A stretch of DNA of 32,000 nucleotides from Nostoc punctiforme PCC 73102 (lineage in GTDB: Bacteria; Cyanobacteriota; Cyanobacteriia; Cyanobacteriales; Nostocaceae): the NCBI RefSeq assembly GCF_000020025.1, contig NC_010628.1, positions 6,600,001 to 6,632,000 of the forward strand. Reading direction: 5' to 3'. Positions 9,363 through 17,868 of the stretch are shown here, in pieces. Under the pieces are notes generated by a model. The model ran no database searches. It was not told where the DNA came from and saw only the letters and a program-made list of their open reading frames with translations. How positions within the stretch are numbered: position 1 is the first letter of the stretch; every line of letters starts with the position of its first letter. Both the position numbers and the translations under genes were made by a program.

Positions 9363-9647
9363 TTAATTCGGTGGTTGAGAATTATGCCACTGTTCCAACA
9401 GAGGATTAATTACTTCGGCGTTGGTGAAAAGAAAATCAGCTACAGCCATAATTCTTTGGTAAGGTAATCCAGCTTCTCGGCGACTGGCTTGTCCACCCAA
9501 CCAGTGATAAGCCGTCGATTTAGAAATGGCACAGATTTTTGCTAATTCTTCGTAACTCAATCCCCAACGATAGCTAAAGTCTTGGGGGGACATGAACATT
9601 TGGTTATGCAATTCTAGTAACTGCTGATGTTGTTGAGCTTCAGACAT
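9363..9647 (-). CDS. Small HTH DNA-binding protein (94 aa from the internal ATG)
   Basis: The HTH-like segment is LSYEELAKICAISKSTAYHWLGG. I prefer the ATG at 9647 (MSEAQQHQQ...) over the track start at 9731, because it overlaps the upstream gene's stop (ATGTCTGA) and avoids a 92-nt out-of-frame overlap. Confidence 0.6.
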   Translation of the reverse strand: MSEAQQHQQLLELHNQMFMSPQDFSYRWGLSYEELAKICAISKSTAYHWLGGQASRREAGLPYQRIMAVADFLFTNAEVINPLLEQWHNSQPPN

Positions 9648-9951
9648 GATTGCCCTGAAGCCTTTCCAAGAATGAGTTATCCAGGGGTTCGATATCGTCC
9701 TCGAAAGCGAAATCACAGATGCAAATTTCACGAGAGGGACTGCGCTCGTCTAACAAAACCAAGTAATGCAAACCAGCGGCAATGCAAGTGGCTTGTTGGG
9801 TGTATATGACTCCGATAACGCGACCATAGTCACCGTTGGGTACTTGAAACCAGCGCACCCATTCACCGAGATGAAATTTCTGTTGAGGTAAATCGTTAGG
9901 AACGACCTCTGGCAAGGCTACTGGAGGCATTTGAAGGGGTATTTCAGGCAT
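9640..9951 (-). CDS. Small uncharacterised protein (103 aa from ATG 9951; the track uses TTG 9969), first gene of the trio
   Basis: The ORF reads MPEIPLQMPPVALPEVVPNDLPQQKFHLGEWVRWFQVPNGDYGRVIGVIYTQ...HYLVLLDE. It is translationally coupled to the HTH gene through an 8-nt overlap. I could not assign a family. Confidence 0.5.
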   Translation of the reverse strand: MPEIPLQMPPVALPEVVPNDLPQQKFHLGEWVRWFQVPNGDYGRVIGVIYTQQATCIAAGLHYLVLLDERSPSREICICDFAFEDDIEPLDNSFLERLQGNHV

Positions 9952-9977
9952 AATAATTTTTTGTACCAATCTCTAAT

Positions 9978-10008
9978 GTTATTTATACACTACAAAGAGT
10001 TATTTATA
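9978..10008. promoter_or_regulatory. Two copies of GTTATTTATA (9978-9987 and 9999-10008), spaced 21 bp start to start, in the divergent intergenic region. They are candidate operator half-sites.
   Basis: The direct repeat was read in sequence. It lies between the minus-strand trio and the plus-strand XRE gene. A short inverted repeat TGCAC...GTGCA (10027-10048) abuts the XRE start. Confidence 0.35.
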
Positions 10009-10048
10009 ATATGTAGACTTATACCCTGCACTTTTTGAACATTGTGCA

Positions 10049-10312
10049 GTGAGCGAAAAAAATGAACTAAGTATTAAACAGCGCTTTGGCAAAGCGGTCA
10101 GACGACGTAGGCGTGAACTGGATCTTTCTCAAGAGCAGCTAGCAGAACGGGCTGAACTTCATCGTACTTACATATCCAACCTGGAAAGAGGTGAGTTGAA
10201 TCCTTCGTTAGAAACTATGGAAAAGCTAGCAAACGCCCTAAACATATCCATTCCGGCAATGTTCATTAATTACGGCATTCAGGTTGAGAATGAACCACGG
10301 AAGGATTGTTGA
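10049..10312 (+). CDS. XRE-family HTH transcriptional regulator resembling an R-M controller (C) protein
   Basis: The 87-aa ORF, with a GTG start, reads LDLSQEQLAERAELHRTYISNLERGELNPSLETMEKLANALNISI. This matches the classic Cro/C1-type HTH and the RTYIS..ERG..NPSL signature of C proteins. Confidence 0.8.
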   Translation: MSEKNELSIKQRFGKAVRRRRRELDLSQEQLAERAELHRTYISNLERGELNPSLETMEKLANALNISIPAMFINYGIQVENEPRKDC

Positions 10313-10360
10313 GCAGTTGCATACTGCATTTCATGATTCATCATAAAACTCAGACGCTTG

Positions 10361-10476
10361 GGGACTTCCAAATAAAAAAATATCCCATCCCCTTGGCGAG
10401 CAGGAGAAGCAGGGGAGGAAGAATGTAACGATCATAGTCGCTCCCAAAATTGAATAATTTAATTTCTGGAAGTCCC
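10361..10476. repeat. Perfect 10-bp inverted repeat GGGACTTCCA / TGGAAGTCCC bracketing about 96 bp of non-coding DNA. It may be a MITE-like element or a structured RNA.
   Basis: The arms at 10361-10370 and 10467-10476 were read directly. They lie in the 320-bp gap between the XRE gene and hsdM. Confidence 0.3.
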
Positions 10477-10632
10477 TTATACATCTGAGCAGGCTATCCA
10501 ATAAAGTGCCAATTGAAACTTGATTTTGAGTAAATACAGCTGGCTGTCATGATGCTACATCCCTTGTGTATTTTCTAATCACACTGCCACAATGGGTATA
10601 CTTATTTTTACCCTTGAGCTAAAAACTGCTAC

Positions 10633-12687
10633 ATGACTGTCAATAATATCCTCCAATACGAATCAAATATCTGGGCAACTGCTGATTTGCTAAGGGGTTG
10701 CGGCATCAAGGAGTCGGAATGGCCATCCTATATGATGCCGTTTTTTGCGCTAGTGATGATTGAAAGCCGTTTGGTAAGGATGTTTGATGAATTAAAGGCG
10801 GAGATTGGCGAAGCAGCATTGGCGGAGATTGCACCGGAAGATTTGACCGGACTAATTGAGGATAAGGGGCAGGGTTACAACGTCTATATTTTCGAGAAGA
10901 ACCAAACACTGAAGGATATCTGTAAAAATGATAAGTCCTTTGATGTGGACTTTGAAGCGTACCTGCGGGGTTTTGATGGGGAAACAAAAGACCTGTTGGG
11001 GGTGGAGGCGACGGAAGGTGAGAAGTTTCTCGATATTAAAGGGGTAATTACAAAGCTGAAGGCGAAAAAGGTGCTGTTGGGTTATACAAAGGAATGGAGC
11101 AGTATTGACCTTAAACCTTTTGATAACTCAGCAATTACGACCCTGGAAGAGCATATTAAGCGGCGTTGGGCGGATATTTCGGCGGACACGGCAGGGGAAC
11201 AGTACACTCCAGATGATGTCATCGGGCTGATTGCCGAGATTATTGCTTCTAAAATTGAGGAATCAGATAAGCTGTTAAAAATTTACGACTGCACCTGTGG
11301 TGGTGGTAACTTGTTGTTTGGGGTAGAAGATCGGATTCATCAGAGATTTAAACGACTAACCCAAACTTTTGGGCAAGACTGGAATGATGCGCTATACGCG
11401 CTGGCGAAGATTGAAAGTCGGTTTCGGGTGGATTCAAAAATCGAGCATGGCAATACGCTCACGGATGATAAGTTTTATAACGATGAGTTTGATGTAGTAA
11501 TCGCCAATCCGCCATACGGGGTGAAGTGGAATGGTTATCAAAAGGATATTGAGAACGACAAAACCCAGCGATTTAAGTACCTGCCGTCAATTTCCGATGG
11601 TCAGTTGTTGTTTATGCAGCACCTCATCTCGAAGTTGAATGCTAATGGTATGGGGGTTGTAGTTCATAATGGTTCAACGTTGTTTAGTGGGGATGCGGGT
11701 TCGGCAGAAAGCAATATTCGCAAATGGATGCTGGATTCGGACTTTGTGGAAGCGGTGATTCAGTTACCGACGGATGAGTTTTTTAACACGGGTATTTACA
11801 CTTATCTCTGGGTTTTAAATAAGCATAAATTGCCACAGTGTCGGGATAAGGTGATGTTGATTAATGCCAGTGAGAAGTTTAAACCACTGAAGAAAAGTAA
11901 AGGCTCGAAGCGCAAAGAGGTGGATGAAGTCAGCCGCTTGGAGATTGTGGAAACCCTGACGCGGTTTGTGGATAATGACTATGCACGGGTGTTTGATAAG
12001 GAGTTTTTCTATTTTAATAAACAGGCAATTATGCTCACGAATGTAGATGAGCAGGGTAAAAGTTTTGCTAGTCGCTTAAAGGAAGGCAAAATCAGCCTGA
12101 AGCTGTCGCCGTTGAAGTTGGACAATGGGGAAAGAACATTAACAGAATTTACAATTACGAATTGCGATTCGCAACGGTTTGGCTCATTGGTAGAGGCATT
12201 TGAGCAAGATATTAAACCATTTGTTAGTTCTTTGGATTACAAAGAACAGCCGTTAACGGTGACGACGGAGAAGGCTTTGTACCGATTTGATGCTGATAGG
12301 GAAACGCTCATTAAAGAAGTTTTGGGTAAGCAGGAAGAAGCCTTGGGCTGCGGCAAAATTGTCGTGAAGGCAGCATTTAAGAAAGGGACGAAAACTCAGC
12401 CAGAAAAAATTGAAATTACGGTGGAATTAACGCCGGATTATCAGAAGGATTATGAAATTATTCCTTTCCATAGGGATGAGGTGGCGAATCAGGAAGCGAT
12501 TGAGGCGTTTATGGCGAAGTATATTACCAAGCCGTTTGAGTATTTGGAAAATGTGGTAGGGGTAGAGATTAATTTTAATAAGGTGTTTTATAAACCTGAG
12601 AAATTGAGGAGTGTTCAAAAGATTCTTGGGGAAATTACGGCGATTGAGAAGGAGTTGAAGGGGCTTGAAGAGGGGTTAGGGTTATGA
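10633..12687 (+). CDS. hsdM: Type I restriction-modification N6-adenine DNA methyltransferase subunit (long form, 684 aa)
   Basis: It has the HsdM N-terminal signature (IWATADLLRG), an AdoMet motif (YDCTCGGGNLL) and the catalytic NPPYG. It is coupled to hsdS through an ATGA overlap. Confidence 0.9.
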   Translation: MTVNNILQYESNIWATADLLRGCGIKESEWPSYMMPFFALVMIESRLVRMFDELKAEIGEAALAEIAPEDLTGLIEDKGQGYNVYIFEKNQTLKDICKNDKSFDVDFEAYLRGFDGETKDLLGVEATEGEKFLDIKGVITKLKAKKVLLGYTKEWSSIDLKPFDNSAITTLEEHIKRRWADISADTAGEQYTPDDVIGLIAEIIASKIEESDKLLKIYDCTCGGGNLLFGVEDRIHQRFKRLTQTFGQDWNDALYALAKIESRFRVDSKIEHGNTLTDDKFYNDEFDVVIANPPYGVKWNGYQKDIENDKTQRFKYLPSISDGQLLFMQHLISKLNANGMGVVVHNGSTLFSGDAGSAESNIRKWMLDSDFVEAVIQLPTDEFFNTGIYTYLWVLNKHKLPQCRDKVMLINASEKFKPLKKSKGSKRKEVDEVSRLEIVETLTRFVDNDYARVFDKEFFYFNKQAIMLTNVDEQGKSFASRLKEGKISLKLSPLKLDNGERTLTEFTITNCDSQRFGSLVEAFEQDIKPFVSSLDYKEQPLTVTTEKALYRFDADRETLIKEVLGKQEEALGCGKIVVKAAFKKGTKTQPEKIEITVELTPDYQKDYEIIPFHRDEVANQEAIEAFMAKYITKPFEYLENVVGVEINFNKVFYKPEKLRSVQKILGEITAIEKELKGLEEGLGL

Positions 12688-14006
12688 AAATTGAACGTTA
12701 TCAGGCTTATAAAAAATGTGATATCGAATGGCTTTTAGAAATTCCTGAACATTGGAAAATTGATAGAGCAAAATCATTGTTCAGAGAGATGTCTCGACCT
12801 GTTTCGCCCAGAGATAAGATAATCACAGTTTTTCGTGATGGACAAGTAACACTTCGTGAAAATCGTCGTGTGACTGGATTTACAAACGCTATTGAGGAAT
12901 ATGGATATCAAGGGATAAGAAAAGGTGATTTAGTATTCCATGCTATGGATGCTTTTGCTGGAGCTATCGGAGTTTCTGACTCTGATGGAAAAGCGACTCC
13001 CGAATATCTAGTTTATACAACTATTGATAAGAATAAAATTTATGTTCCATTTTTTGGTTTCCTTTTACGACAAATGGCATTGTCAGGATTTGTATTGGCT
13101 CTTGGAAAAAGTGTTAGAGAGCGATCTCCTAGATTTAAACACACAAAATTTGTCACTCTAGATTTACCTATCCCTCCTTTTACAGAACAAGAAACGATCG
13201 CACACTATCTCGACACCAAAACCGCACAGATCGATCGCAAAATTGACCTCCTCACCCAGAAAGCAACCCTATACGGTAACCTCAAACAGTCTCTCATCAA
13301 CGAAACCGTGACATGCGGGCTTGATAAATCTGTGCCAATGAGGGATAGCGGGATTGAGTGGATAGGCGAAGTACCTGAGCATTGGGATATTAAGCGACTT
13401 AAGGATTTATCTGATATTCAAAATAGTAATGTCGATAAAAAATCACACGATGATGAGATCCCTATTAAATTGTGTAACTATGTTGATGTTTATAAAAACG
13501 AGTTTATAAACACATCATTAGACTTTATGGATGCAACAGCAAACAAATCTGAGATAAAACAATTTACAATTAAGGAAGGAGATGTTTTTATAACTAAAGA
13601 CTCTGAAACCTGCGACGATATAGCGATTCCTGCACTAGCCGCAGAATCAATTAAAGGTGTTATCTATGGCTATCATTTAGCGCGGCTCAGGACGAAAGAA
13701 AAAGTTTTTTTGGGTTCTTATTTATTTAGACTGTTTCAATCAAAAAGCTATGGATTTCGTTTTGTAATATCTGCAAAAGGCATAACTCGTGTTGGTTTAG
13801 GACAATCGGCAATAGCAGATTCACTAACTCCAGTTCCTCTCCTGTCTGAACAAAAAGCGATCGCAGACTACCTCGACACCAAAACAGCCCAAATTGACCA
13901 AATAATCCAAACCATCAACACCCAAATTGAAAAACTCAAAGAACTCCGCAAAACCCTAATTAACGATGTCGTCACCGGAAAAATTAGGGTGATTGACTAT
14001 CAATAA
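12684..14006 (+). CDS. hsdS: Type I R-M specificity subunit with two target-recognition domains
   Basis: The 440-aa ORF has duplicated conserved spacer regions: EQETIAHYLDTKTAQIDRKIDLL...LKQSLINETVT and EQKAIADYLDTKTAQIDQIIQ...LRKTLINDVVTGKI. These follow AT-richer variable domains. Confidence 0.9.
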   Translation: MKIERYQAYKKCDIEWLLEIPEHWKIDRAKSLFREMSRPVSPRDKIITVFRDGQVTLRENRRVTGFTNAIEEYGYQGIRKGDLVFHAMDAFAGAIGVSDSDGKATPEYLVYTTIDKNKIYVPFFGFLLRQMALSGFVLALGKSVRERSPRFKHTKFVTLDLPIPPFTEQETIAHYLDTKTAQIDRKIDLLTQKATLYGNLKQSLINETVTCGLDKSVPMRDSGIEWIGEVPEHWDIKRLKDLSDIQNSNVDKKSHDDEIPIKLCNYVDVYKNEFINTSLDFMDATANKSEIKQFTIKEGDVFITKDSETCDDIAIPALAAESIKGVIYGYHLARLRTKEKVFLGSYLFRLFQSKSYGFRFVISAKGITRVGLGQSAIADSLTPVPLLSEQKAIADYLDTKTAQIDQIIQTINTQIEKLKELRKTLINDVVTGKIRVIDYQ

Positions 14007-14270
14007 TATTTAAAAAATCTTCAGCAGTGATAATCGGGTAGGAAAAATTATCCTTCAGGCTGAGTAAATAGTGATCGCCCGTCACCAGATAATCCCCCTC
14101 ACCGACCACAGCCAGAAGTAAAAAAGGCACATCAAACGAGTGATGATATCCAGGAATTACAGGGAAGGGTTCGTCCTGGAAAGCTAAACAAAGCCTAGAT
14201 ACTCTGCCCCAAAAATCAGCGCAGAGACTATGATATTAGTATCAATTACCACCCGTGGACAAAAAGTCAT
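13984..14270 (-). pseudogene. Degraded PIN-domain toxin gene remnant, antisense, between hsdS and hsdR
   Basis: My hand translation from ATG 14270 gives MTFCPRVVIDTNIIVSALIFG, then a stop after 26 codons. A second frame continues FDVPFLLLAVVGEGDYLVTGDHYLLSLKDNFSYPIITAEDFLNII and stops at 13984-13986. The first and last PIN acidic motifs (VIDTN, LVTGD) are present, but the middle third is missing and the frame is shifted. Confidence 0.65.
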
Positions 14271-14350
14271 GCCTTACGCACCCAAGCGATAACCTACGGT
14301 TCGCTAACGCAACTTTAAGTCCATCCCATCTAGCCTACAGTTATCCATAT

Positions 14351-17300
14351 ATGAGCGAACTGCATCTGCAAGATAGATTTCTCATCCCATTTTTCCGCAA
14401 TGAATTAGGCTACCAAGAAGTAAAACCCAACACCATCACCAATTGCCTGATCATCGAAGAAGACCTCCAAGCCTTCATTTCCACCACCGAACTCAACCAA
14501 AAACCCTACGAAATCCTACTCAAAAAATATAACAACAACGCCCAAAAACTTTTAGCAGAACTAATCGAATTAATTCAAGAACGTATCGCCAGCAGCCGCA
14601 ATATGGCGTTATTTATTAATGCCAATAAATCCGTAACTCTACAAGGCATCAAGCTCTATCTATTTTACACAGATGACAGCATAATTCACAATAGTAACCT
14701 ATTTGAGCAAAATATATTTTCTGTTGTCCAAGAACTACCCTACAAATACATATATCAAGGCAAACAAATCTTCTCCTTCCGTCCCGATATCTGCTTATTT
14801 ATTAATGGTATTTACCTGGGTTACAGCGAGCTAAAATCCAACCTCACCAACCAAACAGCCCGTAAAAACGGACGTGGTAAAGTCATTAAAGACTACTTTG
14901 AAGCCGTTAAAGTCTATTACGAAACCTTCGACAATAATCCCCATCTGAGCGACAAAGAAAAAGACCACTATCGCAAAGACTTCCTCAAAATCTTTGAAAA
15001 AGCCATCCATATTACTAGCACTGACATAGCCGAAACTTATGTCATTCGCACTATCGACCATTTTTTTGAAGAAATCCTCACCACTTGTCGTGAAGGTAAA
15101 TACGACCGCGAAGACTACGAAAAAAGGGCAGTCAAAACCTTTAAACCCTATCCACTGCTAAATACTGACGCGGATAAAAAAGATAAACTCAAAGAACTTT
15201 TTACCGTCCACTATGGCAAAAGCTTCATTGAAAAAGAAATTCTGTACTACAATTTTATCGAGCGTGACGTATATGTTCTCAAAGGTAAAAAGGAACTTAA
15301 AAATGAATTAGGACATCTCATCTCACCCCGTCCCAAACAAAAATTTGGCACTGATAAAATTCTGAATAAAATTGACGAATTTTTAGAACATGAAGCCGAA
15401 GACGATTATTTTATTCACCAACTAGAACAACAGCTAGCCCACGTTTCCCCCAGCAAACGCGCTGAATTAATCGAAAAACGCAAAGCTTACGCTAACAATA
15501 AAAATGTCTATTCTTTACTACTACAATATGCGGCTGGCTTTGGCAAATCCAACATCATCGGCTGGACAGCTTTACAACTGAAGGATTTACGCCGCAATGG
15601 TCAATACGTCTACGACAAAATCATGATTGTGGTTGATCGCTTGCAACTCCGCAGCCAAATCGACTCCAAAATGTTAAACATGAACATCGACAACCGGATG
15701 TATATTGAGGCAAATAATAAAAAAACTTTTCAGGATGCACTCCAATCCGACACCCGTTTAGTTATCGTCAATCTGCAAAAATTTGGCGCAGTGCGAGAAA
15801 TGCTCGATGCAGACACCCTGCAAAAACTCGCCCAACTCCGCATCGTCTTCTTAATTGACGAAATCCACCGCTCCAACAGTGGCGACCAGCACGAAGAAAT
15901 GGTCAACATTTTCGACGAACTCCAAACCCCCTTCGATCAACAAACTCAATACAACCAAACCCGCACCAAGAAAAACCTGATTGTCGGTTTCACAGCCACC
16001 CCCGATGACCACACCCTCGCCCGCTTTGGGGAATTTAGTGGTTACGCCGAAAGCGAAAAACTCTGGGTTCCCTTCGATTCCTACACCATGAAGGAAGCCA
16101 TTGAAGACGGCTTCATTCTCAATCCCCTGAAAAATATTGTCCCCGTCGCCTCCAAGATGCTGTTCGACATCCCCACTAACGAATTAGAAGGCTTCGAGGA
16201 ACCCAATTATAAAGACGCAGATAAAAAGCAAATTTACGAAAACCGCGATCGCATTAATGCCATAGCTCAATATATCGCTGACTTGCTGGTTAAAGACGTT
16301 TATCGGCAAATTCGGGGTACAGGTAAAGCCATGTTAGCGGTATATTCTATTAAAGCTGCGATCGCCTACAAACAAGCAGTTACGCAACATTTCAACGAAC
16401 TGGTTAAACAGCCTAAATATGCCAAATATACCGATGCACCTATTCATGTAGTCTATTCCAGCAACCAAGACGAACAAAACGCCACAGGGCTAAACAATGG
16501 ACTGACTGAGGAAAAAGTCTTAGAAAGCTTTGCTCTCAAGAAAAACGGCTTAATCATCGTCGTAGCCAAACTGCAAACCGGATTTGACGAAAAAAGGCTA
16601 CATACCCTATTTTTAGATAAAGAAATTAAAGGTATTGCCGCAATTCAAGCTATCTCACGGGTAGATCGCACTGCTAAATATAAAAATGACTGCAAAATCG
16701 TTGACTTTTCCTATAACAACGTCAACGTGCAAAATATCAAAGATGCCTTCGAGCATTTTTCCGATGTCGTTGTTAGCGACTTCGACCCCTTTAGCGATAA
16801 ACGAGTTTTAGAAATCCTGTTTGCAGAATTGAAAAAGTCTGGAGTCTACACAGAATTCTTTGAGACTTTTCTCAGAACATTCAATGATAATGCGAAACAT
16901 AACAATCCAGAGAGCTACCTCGATTTAGAAAGCAGCATCGAAAAGTATATTGCCGCAAATCCTAAACACACTGCTGATGTCAAAGCTAAGGCAGGCCAGT
17001 ATTTTACCATCCTCAACCGGATTGAGTATGTAATAACACTAGATGCAAAATACAGCGAACCTAGCCTCCTAGAATTTCTGCGTTTCTTCAATAACATTTA
17101 TAATAGGCTGCACCGTACTGATGATATCAAAGATGCAATCGAGGTTTATTTTGATAATCAAATTGGCATTATCGAAGTCGAAACCCAAGAGCCTGAGCCG
17201 AAGAAAAAGAAAATAACTAAAGTCGCGGAAGGCAAAGAACCGACTAGCAATAACTATCAATTTGATATCTTAGCTATCATTGAAGCCCGTAACGAGCAAG

Positions 17301-17587
17301 AAGACCTAAAGGGAGAACGCATTCAAGAATTTGAATTAAAAATTAGCGCCTTGTTTGACTATGTGCAAAATTGCGATGAGGGCAAACGGTTGATGATTAA
17401 AATTAAATCAAATGTTTCAGAAGATGAAATCTATGATGACTTTGCCAAAATCTACCGTAAGTACAAAATCTTAAATCGGCGGCAAGTTGGAGATTATTTT
17501 TTCAAGGAAATGGAAGATTTGGTCAATAAACTGTGTGATGATTTTGAAGTCATAGTACGTAATACAGACTATTCTAAAAATTCCTAG
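14351..17587 (+). CDS. hsdR: Type I R-M restriction (helicase-nuclease) subunit
   Basis: It has an N-terminal PD-(D/E)xK region (FRPDICLFINGIYLGYSELKS) and SF2 helicase motifs (AAGFGKS, LIDEIHRS, GFTATP, LQTGFDEKRLHTLFLDK, QAISRVDR). I prefer ATG 14351 (MSELHLQDRF...) because the track's GTG at 14255 would overlap the PIN remnant. Confidence 0.9.
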   Translation: MSELHLQDRFLIPFFRNELGYQEVKPNTITNCLIIEEDLQAFISTTELNQKPYEILLKKYNNNAQKLLAELIELIQERIASSRNMALFINANKSVTLQGIKLYLFYTDDSIIHNSNLFEQNIFSVVQELPYKYIYQGKQIFSFRPDICLFINGIYLGYSELKSNLTNQTARKNGRGKVIKDYFEAVKVYYETFDNNPHLSDKEKDHYRKDFLKIFEKAIHITSTDIAETYVIRTIDHFFEEILTTCREGKYDREDYEKRAVKTFKPYPLLNTDADKKDKLKELFTVHYGKSFIEKEILYYNFIERDVYVLKGKKELKNELGHLISPRPKQKFGTDKILNKIDEFLEHEAEDDYFIHQLEQQLAHVSPSKRAELIEKRKAYANNKNVYSLLLQYAAGFGKSNIIGWTALQLKDLRRNGQYVYDKIMIVVDRLQLRSQIDSKMLNMNIDNRMYIEANNKKTFQDALQSDTRLVIVNLQKFGAVREMLDADTLQKLAQLRIVFLIDEIHRSNSGDQHEEMVNIFDELQTPFDQQTQYNQTRTKKNLIVGFTATPDDHTLARFGEFSGYAESEKLWVPFDSYTMKEAIEDGFILNPLKNIVPVASKMLFDIPTNELEGFEEPNYKDADKKQIYENRDRINAIAQYIADLLVKDVYRQIRGTGKAMLAVYSIKAAIAYKQAVTQHFNELVKQPKYAKYTDAPIHVVYSSNQDEQNATGLNNGLTEEKVLESFALKKNGLIIVVAKLQTGFDEKRLHTLFLDKEIKGIAAIQAISRVDRTAKYKNDCKIVDFSYNNVNVQNIKDAFEHFSDVVVSDFDPFSDKRVLEILFAELKKSGVYTEFFETFLRTFNDNAKHNNPESYLDLESSIEKYIAANPKHTADVKAKAGQYFTILNRIEYVITLDAKYSEPSLLEFLRFFNNIYNRLHRTDDIKDAIEVYFDNQIGIIEVETQEPEPKKKKITKVAEGKEPTSNNYQFDILAIIEARNEQEDLKGERIQEFELKISALFDYVQNCDEGKRLMIKIKSNVSEDEIYDDFAKIYRKYKILNRRQVGDYFFKEMEDLVNKLCDDFEVIVRNTDYSKNS

Positions 17588-17798
17588 TTCCTTTCGTAAA
17601 ATGTGCTTGAAAACCTTGATTTTTCGTTTTTATTTCTCAACAAGCTTAAGCTTTGTAGCACAAATATTATTAGTAGGATAGGTTCATGTATTTGGATAAT
17701 CCTCTAAAAGAACATAACTGATTACAAGCGATGCCTACGGCGGGCTACGCCTACGCTCGTACCAATCGTGTCGTAAGTATTTTTACTCTGTGACAGTT

Positions 17799-17853
17799 AG
17801 TAAAGGACTTTACGAACCAGTAAAGAACTTTACGAACCAGTAAAGAACTTTAT
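17799..17853. repeat. Tandem 20-bp repeat AGTAAAG(G/A)ACTTTACGAACC, about 2.7 copies
   Basis: Copies at 17799-17818 and 17819-17838 and a partial copy at 17839-17853 were read directly. The repeat ends 15 bp from the ruvC stop codon. Confidence 0.85.
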
Positions 17854-17868
17854 TGTTTATGTACAAGT

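Noticed and set aside
9648-9731. Long form (122 aa) of the HTH ORF, starting at 9731
   Set aside because: It would overlap the upstream gene out of frame by 92 nt. The internal ATG at 9647 gives the classic stop/start overlap and keeps the whole HTH region.
14255-14350. N-terminal 32-codon extension of hsdR from GTG 14255 (MDKKSCLTHPSDNLRF...)
   Set aside because: The extension overlaps the PIN remnant and a repeat-like GC-rich fragment. The conserved HsdR N-terminus begins at MSELHLQDRFLIPFF (ATG 14351).
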